DNA from: the human T2T-CHM13v2.0 reference genome, Homo sapiens
Assembly: GCF_009914755.1 (NCBI RefSeq)
Contig: NC_060946.1
Strand: one strand, 5' to 3'
DNA length: 64,000 nucleotides
In this document: one piece after another, positions 51,005 to 64,000 of the stretch
How the letters are laid out: the number at the start of each line of letters is the position of its first letter
Position numbering within the stretch: position 1 is the stretch's first letter
Translations under genes and position numbers: made by a program
Notes under the pieces: generated by a model
The model's database searches: none
Told to the model about the DNA's origin: nothing
The model's input: the letters and a program-made list of their open reading frames with translations, nothing else

Positions 51005-51410
51005 CCGGGGGGGGCGGGGGGAGCCCGTCCCCGCCCCCCTGCCCCAGGCCTGCTCCACGGTCCTGGAGACCCCCTGACTTCCGGGGGCTGCGCTCTCATC
51101 GCACGGCGGCCGGCGGCGTGGTCAGCACCCGTCAGGCTGATTTACTGGCGCTCGCCGCCCGCCGCGCGGCGGCAATCAGCCGCCGCCGCCAGATCTATTA
51201 TTGATGAACTTTCCGAGGCCCGCTAATTAACTGCGCGCACCCACGGCGGGCGCCGTGGCGGTGGCGGCTGAAATACGGCCTGCATGTCCCAATGTCACGG
51301 GCGCCGCGCCCGCGGGATGGTCCCGAGAAGAGGGACGGGATCTCAGCCGCCGGCTCAGTCCCAGCACCGCCTCCCCCACCACCCGACCCCGGGGTGGGAG
51401 CCCAGCGGGC
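51005..51410. promoter_or_regulatory. Orphan CpG island, candidate developmental enhancer or promoter
   Basis: About 50 CpGs in ~410 bp (hand count) in an otherwise CpG-depleted window; GC boxes, TGATTTAC and CTAATTAA motifs; not repeat-derived. Confidence 0.85.
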
Positions 51411-53641
51411 TCTAGGAGGGCCCCCTAGCCACCCCATGCGTGGCCTTGAGCAAGTGGCTTAATCTCTCTGGGCCTCAGGCACAGATCGTCCCTGCTCCCT
51501 GCAAAGCCCTGCGCACTCCCTGCAAACCTTGGCAGGCAGCGGGTGGCAGAAACCTCCAGTGTCTGGCCCATCCACGGAGCTGGATTCCAGTCTCGATTCT
51601 GCCACTTCCTGGCTGTGTAGGAATTTGACCTCTAGGAGCTCCAGTTTCCTCATCTAGAAAACTGGAATAACGAAATCTGGCGTGGAGACTCGAGGTGAGA
51701 ATTCAGTCTGCTCCCTGGTTGGGACACCACAGGGATGAGGGACCCCCTGAACGGTGACCTTCTGGGCCCCCTGCCTGGTATCATCCAGAGATGTGTGGGG
51801 AGCTCACTACCTCTGTCCTCCTTCTGGGTTGAACCCTAGCCTCACAGGCACTGGAGGACGCATCTAGTCTATCAGGCTATTTACTGAGTGCCTCAAAACC
51901 CAGATAGAGGCTCCAGAAGAAAAGCAAGCATGAGAGAGTCAGGGAGGCCAGGGTGGGGGTCAGACCTCGATTTAGGTTGTGGTCCAGGAAGGCTTTCTGG
52001 AGGCAGCTGAAGCACCAGGCAAGGAGTGGTGGGCAAGTGTTCCAGGCAGAGGGAGCAGCTAGAAGTAGCAAGGAGGTGGGCAGATGCTCCAGAAGGTGCT
52101 TGCAAATGTGCAAGAAAAGGAGACCTTTCTTCCCCTTCAGTGGGACATAACATCTTCAGCCTCTCACAACCATCTGGGGTCTCCTTACCGTGCGGTGGGC
52201 AGGTGGCCCAGAAACATGTGTTCCCTGAGTTCCTGGGTGCTGAGGAATTAATTACCCTCCCCGCTCAGCCGGCCCTGCTGAGGTCAGGGGTGCAGGCCTG
52301 TGTGGGTCAGGGTGAGATTATCCGGGACAGGTCTAAGGAGCAAGGGGACAACGACAAAAACAGCTTCTGCGGCATCGCGGGGTCTAGAAATGCTGTGTGA
52401 CCCTGGACAAGTCACTTTGTCTCTCTGGGCTTCCCCTGTGTCCCCGAAGCCCTCTGTGAGCCAGGGAGAATTCTCCATATGGAAAGAGTATTATTATTCC
52501 TGCCAGTACCGTTGTTCGAAAGAAGGCTTAAAAGACTCACCTCAAGTCTCCACACCAGATTTTGTTACTTCAGTTTTCTAGATGAGGAAATTGAGGCTCC
52601 CAGAAGTCAAATTCCTGCACAGCCGGAACTGGAACCCAGCTCCATGGATGCGCCAGTCACTGGAGGTTAAGATCATAACTCTGGAGCCACATAAACCTGG
52701 CTTTGCCACCTCCCGGCTGAGTGACCTTGAGCAAATGTCTTCTTCCTGAGTCTCAGTTCTCCCATCTTTAAAATGGGTGGCAGCAATACTTGATTCAAGG
52801 GTTGCTGGAAGGAGTTCATAAGTTAGGGTATGCATGGCAGCTGGTACACAAACAGGTAGACAGTAGGTGCTCCATCATACAGCATTTTCCTTTCACTCCG
52901 TCCTTCTGAAAAGCAGGCACATCTGGCCTCCTGCCAATAACAGCTGCCCCAGGGCTCCCACCTCCCCCTCCTCCTTCCAGAAAACACCTGTGCAGACCCC
53001 CCCTTTCCGGCCTCATGGAATGAAAATAATGCAGAGGCCCACGCTTCCCCCTCACAGACAAAAACCAAAAAATAAAAATTCCAAACTGTCCCAGGAGGTG
53101 TCTGGAAGCTCAGGAATGACTGCAGCCAAGATGCCTTCCCAAGGCATGAGGGATTCACCCTCTGGGCTCCCAGTTCATCCTCACAGCTGCCTGAGAGAGA
53201 GGCACTCGTGCCCAGATTGGCATTCCCATTTGCCAGATGAGAAAACTGAGGTCCCCAAAATAGAAGCCAGTGCCCCCTCACTGGACCCCCAGGACCCAGA
53301 GTTGCCTCCTGGAATGTGGGGCAAGAATGCCAGGGGATGTCAAAGGGCAACCAGGAGAGACTGGAAAGGTGCTTAGCTCATTCCCTGGGACTGGAAAGTC
53401 CTGGGCAGGAAAACAGATGCTACAGAGTGGGCTGGGGGCTGATCACAGACAGGGAGACAAATACATTGAACATCAGAGTAAGACAGCCTGGTCATTCTTT
53501 CAGCTCTCGTGATTACAGCAAGGAGAAAGCCTCAGCTGGGTGCTGCTGGGTCTTAGACATCTAACAGCGAGGCCACCAAGCCCAGCCCAGGAGGCTCAGA
53601 GCGGGCCACTCTAGCACACTACACTTGCATCTCTTTTCCTG

Positions 53642-53930
53642 TTTTTTTTTTTTTTTAGAAACAGGGTCTTACTCTGTCTCCCAGGCTAGAGTACAGTGGC
53701 ATGATCGTAGCTCACTGCAGCCTCCAACTCCTGAGCTCAAGCAATCCTCCCGCCCTGACCTCCTGAGTAGCTGGGAATACAGGTGCATGCCATCACACCC
53801 GGCTAACTTTATTTTTTGTAGAGACGGGGTCTCATTATGTTGCCCAGCCTGGTCTCTAACTCCTGGCCTTAAGCTGTCTTCCCACCTTGGCCTCCCAAAG
53901 TGCTACAGGCATGAGCCAAGGTGCCTGGCT
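53642..53930 (-). mobile_element. AluJ
   Basis: ctcactgcagcctccaactcctgagctcaagcaatcctcc; TSD acacttgcat at 53621-53630 and 53932-53941. Confidence 0.92.
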
Positions 53931-54189
53931 GACACTTGCATTTTTAATTCAATAGTTAACACTTCATTTATGGGCAGTTTCCAATTCAAAATAGTGATAG
54001 AAAGTTGCCTGTTGAAAGAAAAAGCAAGTCCCTCTAAATGCACATTAAGTGAAAAACAGTATCAGAGGAGGTGCATGCATAAGGAAAGCATTGGGAAGGA
54101 AGGAAAGCAGTTTGAGAAATGTGTTTTCATCTCAATAGATTGGTGGTTTGCAGGTCTTACCTGCCCCCTGGAGGGTGCCCCATACACAC

Positions 54190-54721
54190 CCATTCACCAG
54201 CCATCTGCTAACATTTAGTAGGTGCCTGCCTTGTGCCCAGTGCTGGGCTGGCTGCTTATAATACTCTGTGCAATCAAACAGAAGTAGCCCTGTCCTCTGG
54301 AACTTAAGGACTAGCAGAGAAATGGACATATGAGATCTTCACAGGTTATGATACAAGTCCTGAGGTCCCAAAGTTGTGTTAGAGAAGATTGAAGGAGAGG
54401 GGTAAGATGAGGGCTGGGGAGATTAGACAGTGTAGACAGGGAAGGCTTCCTGGAGGAGGTGTCATATGTAAACTGAACCCAAGGGTAGAGGAAGTGCCAG
54501 CTGTGTTGAGGGTAGATGGGACAGCAAATGCAAAGGCAGGCCCTGAGGCAGGAAAGGGCCACCCCTTGGAAGAACTGAAGGGGGAAATGGGAGTGCGGCT
54601 GTGGGAGATGAAGCAGGACCTTGAATATACTGGAGAAGAGTTTGGGTTTTGTTCTGAGAGCTATAGGGAGTCATTGGGTTGTTTTAATTTTGCTTTGTTT
54701 TTTAATCAGGAGAGCGAGTTG

Positions 54722-54753
<32 letters not shown>

Positions 54754-54900
54754 TTTTAAGAAGAACCCTCTAGCCATTGCTTGAACCCAGGACTAAAGGG
54801 ATCATAGTGGAGAAAGGGAAGGAAAAAGGGGAAATAGGGAGGACAGTGACTTTATCTGGAGTAGTGAAAGCTGGGTGCAGAGAAGTGGTCAGATCTGAGG
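54190..54900 (-). mobile_element. LINE-2 fragment containing a T29 run
   Basis: cagggaaggcttcctggaggaggtg...acagcaaatgcaaaggc...gagtttgggttttgttctgagag...gtggtcagat. Confidence 0.7.
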
Positions 54901-55274
54901 AGGATCTGAGGTTATATTGGAGGAAGGGCTGGGGGACTTGTCGATGCACTTAACAGATAATTTTGAAGCACCTACTGTATGCCACACCCCAGACTGGGCA
55001 CCAGAGAAACAGGGGCAAATGCCACAGAGAAGGAGCCCTGTCCTCATGGGGCTGACTGCCCAGGGGGTGCACACATTATACCATTAGGTCCCAATGAATG
55101 AGTGGCACATGCGTGCACACGCACACAAACATGCACGCTTGCACAAGCCCACTCTCACCCCTCCCAGGGCCACACGCACACACACACGTACACGTGTAAG
55201 TGCCCCAGGCAGCCATGTGCACATACCCAGCCCTACTCACCCTTGCACACATACACACTCACCAGCTTCGCTTA

Positions 55275-55628
<354 letters not shown>

Positions 55629-58600
55629 TCAGGGAAGAATTGAGATTCCCTCACTCAGCCTTTACCGGTGATTCATTGAGAATGTACTGCACCCTTTCCT
55701 CAGCCCCACCGAAGGCTGCGAGCACTAAGAATACTTTCCTTTATTGCAGCAAATGACATGTGAATTCATTTTTCTACCTATTATGCACAGAGACAGGAGA
55801 GGCTGAGTGGTTATTACCTGCCTGCCATTATGTAACGTGACAGAAATACGCCACAGCTGGCTGCTGTCGGACACCTTTGGGGCCTCCCAGAACCTGCTGG
55901 TCTGCAGGACACAAGGCAAGAGCCTTGTTCTGTAAGCTAGGTGCCAGTGCGGCCACTGTATCACCTTGTGACTTTGGGCAAGTTACCTTGTTGCCCAGGG
56001 CTTCAGTTTCATCATCTGCTAAGTGGGGGTGAGAGGCATGAGCTGAATGACCCAACCCTCCTGTAGATGGTTCTGGGGTCAGATTAGGCTCCTCCTAGAC
56101 CTCCTCTCTCCAGGGCATGAGGGTTGCATCTGTCAAGTTTAAGAGCGTGAGTCCTCCCCTGTGAGTCCTCCAATTCATCCATTTATTGAGCAAGGGTGGT
56201 TGAGGGTCTGCATCTGCCAGCCCGGTTTCAGGGACAGGGCAGAGGGTGGTGAGCAGACAGAAAACGTTCCTGCTTAATGCAGCTTACATTACGGTGACAA
56301 CATTTCAGCCACAAATATCTGTGGGTGGAAGAGTGAGCGAATGAATGAATGAATGAGTCTGGGCTGGAAATGGAGATTGGAGAAGTGTTAGTAGATGCCA
56401 GATACCAAACCCTGGGAGTGGGTGAAATGTCCCAGGAGAGGGAAACAATAAACAGCCTGAACTGAGCCATGGGACCTCCAGCCTACAAGACAAAAAGAAG
56501 AGGAGCTCACAGGGTTACCTGAAAAAGAGTAACAGGGAAATAGGACAAAGAGGAGGTCCCTGATAGGGGATGGAGGAATGCAGTGGGGAGCCTCAGAGAC
56601 AGCAGAGAAGAAGGGACCCAGGTTAGGAGTGGGGCCAGAGCCTCGTCTTTCCTGTGTCCCCACCAGATGCAGGATCTGATCTTCATCGGTCCCCATGAAT
56701 GTTGATGGGATGAATCCATCAATGGGTCCCACACCCCAGCCTCTGTGTCTTAACCTCAGAGCCACCACCCGCCCAGACAAAGCATTGAGCAGACAGTGCC
56801 AGTGCCTTAGGACCATCGTCCTCTTGTTACTGTGCAGCTGACACTTCTTGGGCACCTACTATGTACACGGCCATGAGGGCACTTTGCCTGCAATCCTATC
56901 ATGTGCCTTTCCCAATATAATAGTCAGTGGGAGGAACGTGACAAACCTATTTCACAGAATACCCTCAGATAAAATGAGAACTTTTCAAGATCAACTAGTT
57001 TTCAAGAAGCGGGAAGATTTGGATCCAGCAGGGCTTCAGAACCCAGAACCACCACCACCACCCACCACCACATTACGCTAGAGGATCCATGGGCACTGTG
57101 TAAAGTGAAAATGCCTGTGCACACAAGGGGACCCTCACCACTAAGCCTCCTGAGCAGCTTCCCTGGGCCAGGTTTCTGCTTCCAATCCTAGATCTCCACA
57201 GGCCATGCCCGGGGCTGCACCTTGTTCCTGCCGACTCACCCACCCCAACGATGGGAAATCCAATTGCCGGTCAACTCCCTGAGCCGGATCCCTGGTTCCT
57301 GGCGACATTCCGTGGAGCCTGCAGGTCCCCTTCACAGCTGCTACTGATTACAGCTACTTAACTGGCACATTAACCACAGAGTCAGAAATTAGGAGCTGCT
57401 CTCAGCTCTCCGCTTAACATCACCGCATCACTTGACCTGCTGTTTCTTCAGCCTCCCCTTGGCCTCCTCTACCTCCAGCCATGTGGGCTGCTGGAATGCC
57501 CCACTCAATCACACCTGGTGTCACAGGCCCTTGCTCCAGCCTCGATGTTCCCAAACAACAGCCCTCTGTCACTCGTCAATACCAGCAAGTTTGCCATACA
57601 TTGGCAATTGTCGTCTGGGTTTAAGGTATCATCCAGTGCTCCCAATCTAAGTCTCTGGGGAAACTGCACACTCCTTGCCATGACTCACAGGGGTGTGTTT
57701 CACTGGGTGGCCAAGGATGCCCTGGGCTTTCCTCTCGCCACTGCCCTCAGGCACGGCCACCCAGCCTTGCTGAACTTCCTTCTACACTGGATCAAGTGGT
57801 GATCTGCTTCCCTTCCCTTCCTTTGCCTGTGCCATTCCCTCTGCCTGGAGCACCATTCTTTCCCTCCTGCTTTTCCACCTGGCCCACCCTACCCTCCCTC
57901 ACCCTCCCTGTTACCACCAGTGGGTTTAGCACTCATGTCTCTAACTGCTGATCCTGCCCTCCTCTCTCTCCCCTATTTCTTGTCAACTTCTTGGGAGGCA
58001 GGGAGTGTGTCCTGTTCAACCACACTTTACGATAATAATAATACGTGAAATCACTGGAGCTGTGATGGACGGAGCACCTACCATGGGCCTGGCACAGTGC
58101 CGAGCACAGGTGATTACTCGTGTTTTAGAGAAGGGGGGATACCCAGGTTCAGAGAGGGAAATCACTTACCACTCCCCGAAGGGGGCTCCCAATCCTTCAT
58201 TGGCACCAGTAGAACAAAGCTGCTCCTGGTTCCAGCCCCGGTGGGCAGGAAGGCACCCAGGTCACTCGGACCCTGGCAGGGAGTGAGTAGGGGTCATCTC
58301 AAGGCCCCCAGCCCCTTCCCCAGGCCCTGCCTGAGCCACAGACACAGGGTAGGGCCCAGTGGCCATTCCACCTTCCCCTGAGAGCCCGGTGTTTACACCG
58401 TTACACCCTGGAGAAGGAATTTACTGTCTTAATCCTGAAATAGCAGGGAAGGCATTCTGGCCAGACAAGTCATCAGCAGAGCCCTGGAGAGCTGCTTCCC
58501 ACTTTTATAGAAATAAAATAAATACCCCAAGAGGGCTGCTCCTTCCAGCTAGGAAAGAAAAGCACCCTGTGGCTTCGGGGGAGCAGAACTGGTGTGCATG

Positions 58601-59260
58601 CCGACGTCTGGCCTGCTCCGGTCCTGCCAGGTGAGGACAGTGTGGAAGGCACCCACCTGGGACAGACAGGGATCTCCCCTTGATGTGGGGAGCAGCCCTG
58701 ACCTCCCCAGCGGGGACGTTTGCTGCCCAGGGATGAGGCTGTGTGCCCTGGGCTAAGCGGAGACTCCTTTCTGGGCCTCCTGTTTTCCTTGCTGTTGGAT
58801 GAGAAATTTGGGTTTTTTCATCTTGGCCCCTCTGAACTCTGCAAGTCTGTAGTAAGTGAAGAAACTGAGGCCCAGAGAGGAAAGAAACGGGTCCACATGG
58901 CAAGCCCGGGGCAGAGCGAGCCCTCGGACCAGGCTGAATCCCAGAAGGGGAGTCAGAGTTCCCACCAGTAGTTTTCAAACTGTCTGCCGTGGAACACTGG
59001 GAGTTCCATGAAGCCTCCTCAAGCATCTCCGTGGAGTATGACTGGGAGGAAGCCGAGCAGGAGGGTTCCCACCCCACATCCCACCCCAGCCAGGTCAACC
59101 TTTCTCATCTGTCTTATCACCGGAATTCTCCAAGATTTTTCTTGACCAACATTGCCACAGATAACAAGATAAAATAAGAATACCAATAGAATCCCCATGA
59201 CTGAACCAGCAGGATGGAAGGAGAGAGAATAACAGGATAGGAAATGAATGGTACTTCTAG

Positions 59261-59603
<343 letters not shown>

Positions 59604-60670
59604 GAGGGTGAGATTTTTAATGCGTTAAGGGTGGATTTCCTGGTTCCTAAAGAGAAATCAGGAGCCATTCTTCTCCATCATACGGTGGGTGTCACCAAAG
59701 CGATGACACAGGCTCACCAGCTCTGTATAACAAGCAAGTTTCAGTGTTGCCTCCTGCCCCCAACCCCAGTGGGGAGGAAGCGTGCCCAGGCCACTGGGAT
59801 GGAGGTTCAAAGGCTCCCACTCGAACTCTGGTGGGGAAGGGTGGGCGTCATCCCAAGCACATCTGTTGAGCGAGGGAGCAGTTCCAGGATTTCAGGGGCT
59901 AGTAACCTGCTGTCCCACCATGGGCTCCCAACCCCCTGGGTAGCCAGCAGCCCCACGTCTCCAGAGCTAACCAGGTAGGTCCGTGGTTCTTACTGAGTGT
60001 AGCTGGGCATTCTTAGGCCCAGCCACATGCACAGAGATGGCCATCCGACTCCCTCAAATCTATCACTCGAACCCTGAGTTACACTGTTAACATTCTAACA
60101 CGGCACTTGGGCCTAAATTCAACCCAATGCGCTATCATAAATTAGGTGGCCCTCTATGGTCAAGGACCCACAAGTTAATTGAGGGTCGGCCCGGAGACTT
60201 GTCACAAGGCCATCATGTGGGCGTGGAGAGGCCAGGGAAGTTTTCTGGGGCCCCTGTCCTTTAGGGGGGAGGCTGGTTTCTAAAGTCAGTGTGTGTCACC
60301 GAAGTGGGGCTTGCAAATTTCCTAGGAAGGCCCCGCGATGAGACCCGCATGCAGTCGAGTCAAACATGGGTGCAATGAGCCATCACTGTTTTCTACCTTC
60401 GTGTATTCAAATCCCAAGACGGGAGACAAATGACAGAAAAAGAATATAATTAAAAGACAACGACAAGCATTTTTTCCATTTCTTTGCAATTTCTAGAGTG
60501 TCTGGCGTGGCTGACTTTACCCACAAATGAAGAAAGCCTTCTTCACATGAGGTCAGATCAGGGGGTACATATCTCTCTCCCTCAGCCCTCCAAGCCCAAA
60601 CCTCCTACCTCCCTTCCCCTTTATGCCCTGATGTCTGGAATTCCTTTAACCAACACTGGATAACGTTTCT

Positions 60671-60702
60671 GTTTGTTTGTTGGTTTGTTTGTTTGTTTGT
60701 TT
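60671..60702. repeat. (TTTG)n microsatellite
   Basis: Directly visible. Confidence 0.85.
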
Positions 60703-61619
60703 ACAAGTTGTTTTCAGCCATTATCAGGCTTAACCCCACCCCCAGCCCAGCCCCTGGGCATCCTCTTCTGTGGATCTCCAGACCCTCCAGGACATCAGGG
60801 GTCGTAGCCTCAACCCCAGTTTTTGGAGGATCAGAGGTGGGTAGCAGACCAGGCCAAGCCGATCCACCTGGATCCTCAAAGTCCCATCCAGAATGGATGA
60901 CTAGGGGAGGGCAGGCCCCTTGGTGCGCAGAGTCCAGGATTTCCACAGTGAAACATGAGAAAATTTCCTGCTTTGTCATGGATTAAAATTCCAGATTTGA
61001 CATCTTGGTCATGGAGCTTTGAACTGGCTGTCAGGGCCAGTTCAGCCCTGACCAGAGCCAGACAGCACAGACCTGGTGTGGCCCCTGGAACTTTGAACCA
61101 CATGTTCTCAGGAACTGTGATCTGAGAGTTTTGAGAATTTTGAATCTATGCACTAGAGATGTTTTCATCAAAAGGGCTCTGAGGGCTGCATCGTCACAAT
61201 CTCACAGGCAATTTCACAATTTCGAAAAGAAATCACTTGCATTGTTTTCTGATTTCAGCTTATTGAATTCATTTACTGAATAAATTGTGGGAAAGACCAA
61301 TAACTGAAACATCATGAAGGAAAATTGCGTAAAATCAGCAAGCCTGGAAATCACCGAGCTTATCATTTTATTACCTTTAAACTTTTTCTCTATACCTACA
61401 TTATGCATATTTACACAAAATAGGATAACACGGATAATTTGACTATAGCAAAATGATCTTTCCCTGCTGTTAAGCATTCATTTATTCACTCATCCACCAA
61501 CAATTTTTTATTGAGCACCTACTCTATGCCAGGCACTGTTCTAGATTCTGAGGATATAGCAGTAAAAAAGCAAGTGGATGAACAAAACCCTTGCTCCTGA
61601 TGAGCTGCCACTGACATTC

Positions 61620-61920
61620 TTTCACTACATTCTGCTAATGGGCTGAGCATATCATATTCCACTGTGGGGATGTAGCATTCCTCATTTAACCAACCTCCTA
61701 TGGTTGGGCAGCTGGGTTACTTCTAGATGTTTGCTGTGATAAATATACTTTTACCACTGAATTGTTATGTGATGTGTGATCATTTATTCCTTAAAGATGG
61801 AACCCTAGAAGCTGAATGGCTGTGCAGAGAGAGAAATAGAGGCTTATAAAGGATGCTTTGGATGTCTACTTATAAATTGCCCTCCAGAAATAATTGGGCC
61901 AAAATGGACTTTCACTAGCA
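61620..61920 (-). mobile_element. Old L1ME-like fragment, preceded by an L2 piece at ~61475-61610
   Basis: atattccactgtg...catttaaccaacctcctatggttgggca...tttgctgtgataaat...aattgccctccagaaa. Confidence 0.6.
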
Positions 61921-62229
61921 GGGAAGGTGGGTATGCAGTGGGACTGGGTTTATTTAGACTAGAGAGGAGAAAGTTAAGAAGTTTCTGAGTCTTAAGAAAT
62001 GAAAGTATGATACAGTTCCCAAGACATTGGAGGCGTGGTTAAAGGCCATTTTGCATGGAGCAGGAGACGAGGGACCAGGAGGCCTCACTGCTGCAAAATC
62101 AGGAATCATCTTCCTTTTTGGAGCCTCCTTTGGAGAAACAAAGTCACTCCTCTGGTGTTTCCAAAACCCAACAATGAGCTCTTGAAAATGGATCGGCTCA
62201 TAAAACAATCACCCATGTCACATATATAG

Positions 62230-62561
<332 letters not shown>

Positions 62562-62617
62562 CAAAAAAGATTTTTTATTCCAATTTTATAAGTATCTTTG
62601 GCAATTCCCTTTCCAAT

Positions 62618-62621
<4 letters not shown>

Positions 62622-62652
<31 letters not shown>

Positions 62653-62938
62653 ATACAGGGTCTTGCTTTGTTGCCCAGGCTGGAGTACAACAGCATCACG
62701 ATCATAGCTCACTTTAGCCTCCAACTCCTAAGCTCGAGTGATCCTTCAGCCTCAGCCTCCCAGTAGCTAGGACTACAGGTGTGCACCAACTCACCCAACT
62801 AATTTTTTTATTGTTACTTTTGTAGGAATGGAGTCTTGCTATATTGCCCAGGCTGGTCCTGAACTCCTGTCCTCAAGTGAACCTCCTGCCTCAGCCTCCC
62901 AAAGGGCTCGGATTACAGGCGTGAGTCACTGTGCCCAG
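62622..62938 (-). mobile_element. AluJ
   Basis: J-type arms, ~30-nt poly(T); degenerate TSD tccctttccaatgttct/tccctctccagtcttct. Confidence 0.9.
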
Positions 62939-63504
62939 AGTCCCTCTCCAGTCTTCTGACTCATATCACACAGTGATACAAGACTGAGAAGCCCACCCTT
63001 GGCTGCACAGGGACATTCAGGCTGTGGGCACGTGTCCTTCCTCCACGACATGGCCTTGGTCCTCAAGTCAGTTTGTTTTGAAAGAACATTTAGTATCAGC
63101 AGCATATGATGTGGGAAATCAGTGTCGATTGTGACAAAACATAAGTAACCCTGAAAGAAACGAGCTCACTGAAGATGTGTTAGGAGTTTCTAGCCAGCCA
63201 TCTTTGCCTGCCGCATCTCCAGCCTGCAGCTCGGCCCCTCTTGGTTAAAAAGGAAAATGAGCAAGTGTGAGAGCCGAGATAGCACCCAACTGAGAATTTC
63301 GCCTTCACCTAGACAATGACTCAAAGGACTGAATGTGAATGTAACACAGGAATATATTTCTCACTGGGGTTTGATGTTATTTACTGCCATGTCCAATGTG
63401 CCAATGAACAGTCACCCTGGTCTCACCAATAGTATATGTCTCTTGCCCTGAAATCAATGTAAGGATATCAGTGCTCAAAGGGGAGTTTCCTACCTATCAG
63501 GCCC

Positions 63505-63700
63505 CATTCCAAGCACTTCACATCTATTGGTTCATTTAATTCCTTTGACAGTCCTCAAAGTAGGTCCAATCACCAACTCCATTTTGCAGATGAGGTAACA
63601 GAGACTCAGAGAGGTTAGGTGACTTGCCTGAGGTCACACAGCTAGTGCAAAACAGGGACGAGGTTTGAACCGGACAGCGTGGCATCAGAGGCCTTGTTTG
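63505..63700 (-). mobile_element. MIR
   Basis: ccattttgcagatgagg...ctcagagaggttaggtgacttgcctgaggtcacacagctagt...tttgaacc. Dozens of further MIR fragments occur across the window and are not listed individually. Confidence 0.8.
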
Positions 63701-64000
63701 CTATCACCTGACTCTACCTTCTTCCTGGTAGGGGTGAATCAACGTGGGGCCTGCCCAGAAGTCCTGGGTATCATTTTTTTCCCAACACCTTTTAGCTGAG
63801 TGGCCCTGGGAAAGTCTCTTCACCACTCCTAGCTTGTTTGCTCATCTGTGAACCAGGATATGGGGGTGAGGGGAAGGCCTCTGAGATCTGTATCCCAGAG
63901 GGGTGGGAGGGCTCTGGAATCCAGCAGGGTAGGGAGGGAGAGGCTGAGCCCCAGAGGAGAGTCTAGTCCAGGCAGGATTGTAGCAGGCTGTGTGGTTTTC

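Noticed and set aside
51122-51140. REST/RE1 site
   Set aside because: Only the left half TCAGCACC matches; the GGACAG half is absent.
53625-54218. 197-aa ORF and other Alu-overlapping ORFs
   Set aside because: Typical antisense or sense Alu translations.

Overview
Hominoid (human-like) genomic DNA from a fairly GC-rich, MIR/L2-rich, L1-poor region. I see no credible protein-coding gene, tRNA, rRNA, snRNA or CRISPR array. The ORF track is explained by simple repeats, Alu/L1 read-through and chance ORFs. Repeats include 18 Alu copies (J, S and Y, many with readable target-site duplications), a young ~430 bp L1PA2 insertion with a twin-priming 5' inversion, several MaLR solo LTRs, Tigger and hAT DNA transposon relics, and many MIR/L2/old L1M fragments. 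There are two unusual minisatellites: a CpG-rich 5x32 bp array and a repeat/(TG)n-spacer array. The unique sequence between repeats holds an orphan ~400 bp CpG island with homeodomain motifs and many repeat-free, motif-dense blocks. These read like a developmental enhancer landscape (gene desert or long intron), with a few candidate plus-strand exons of a possible spliced RNA. Subfamily names are recalled from consensus sequences and need RepeatMasker/Dfam confirmation. I cannot name the locus, and I found no evidence of a new multi-gene system.
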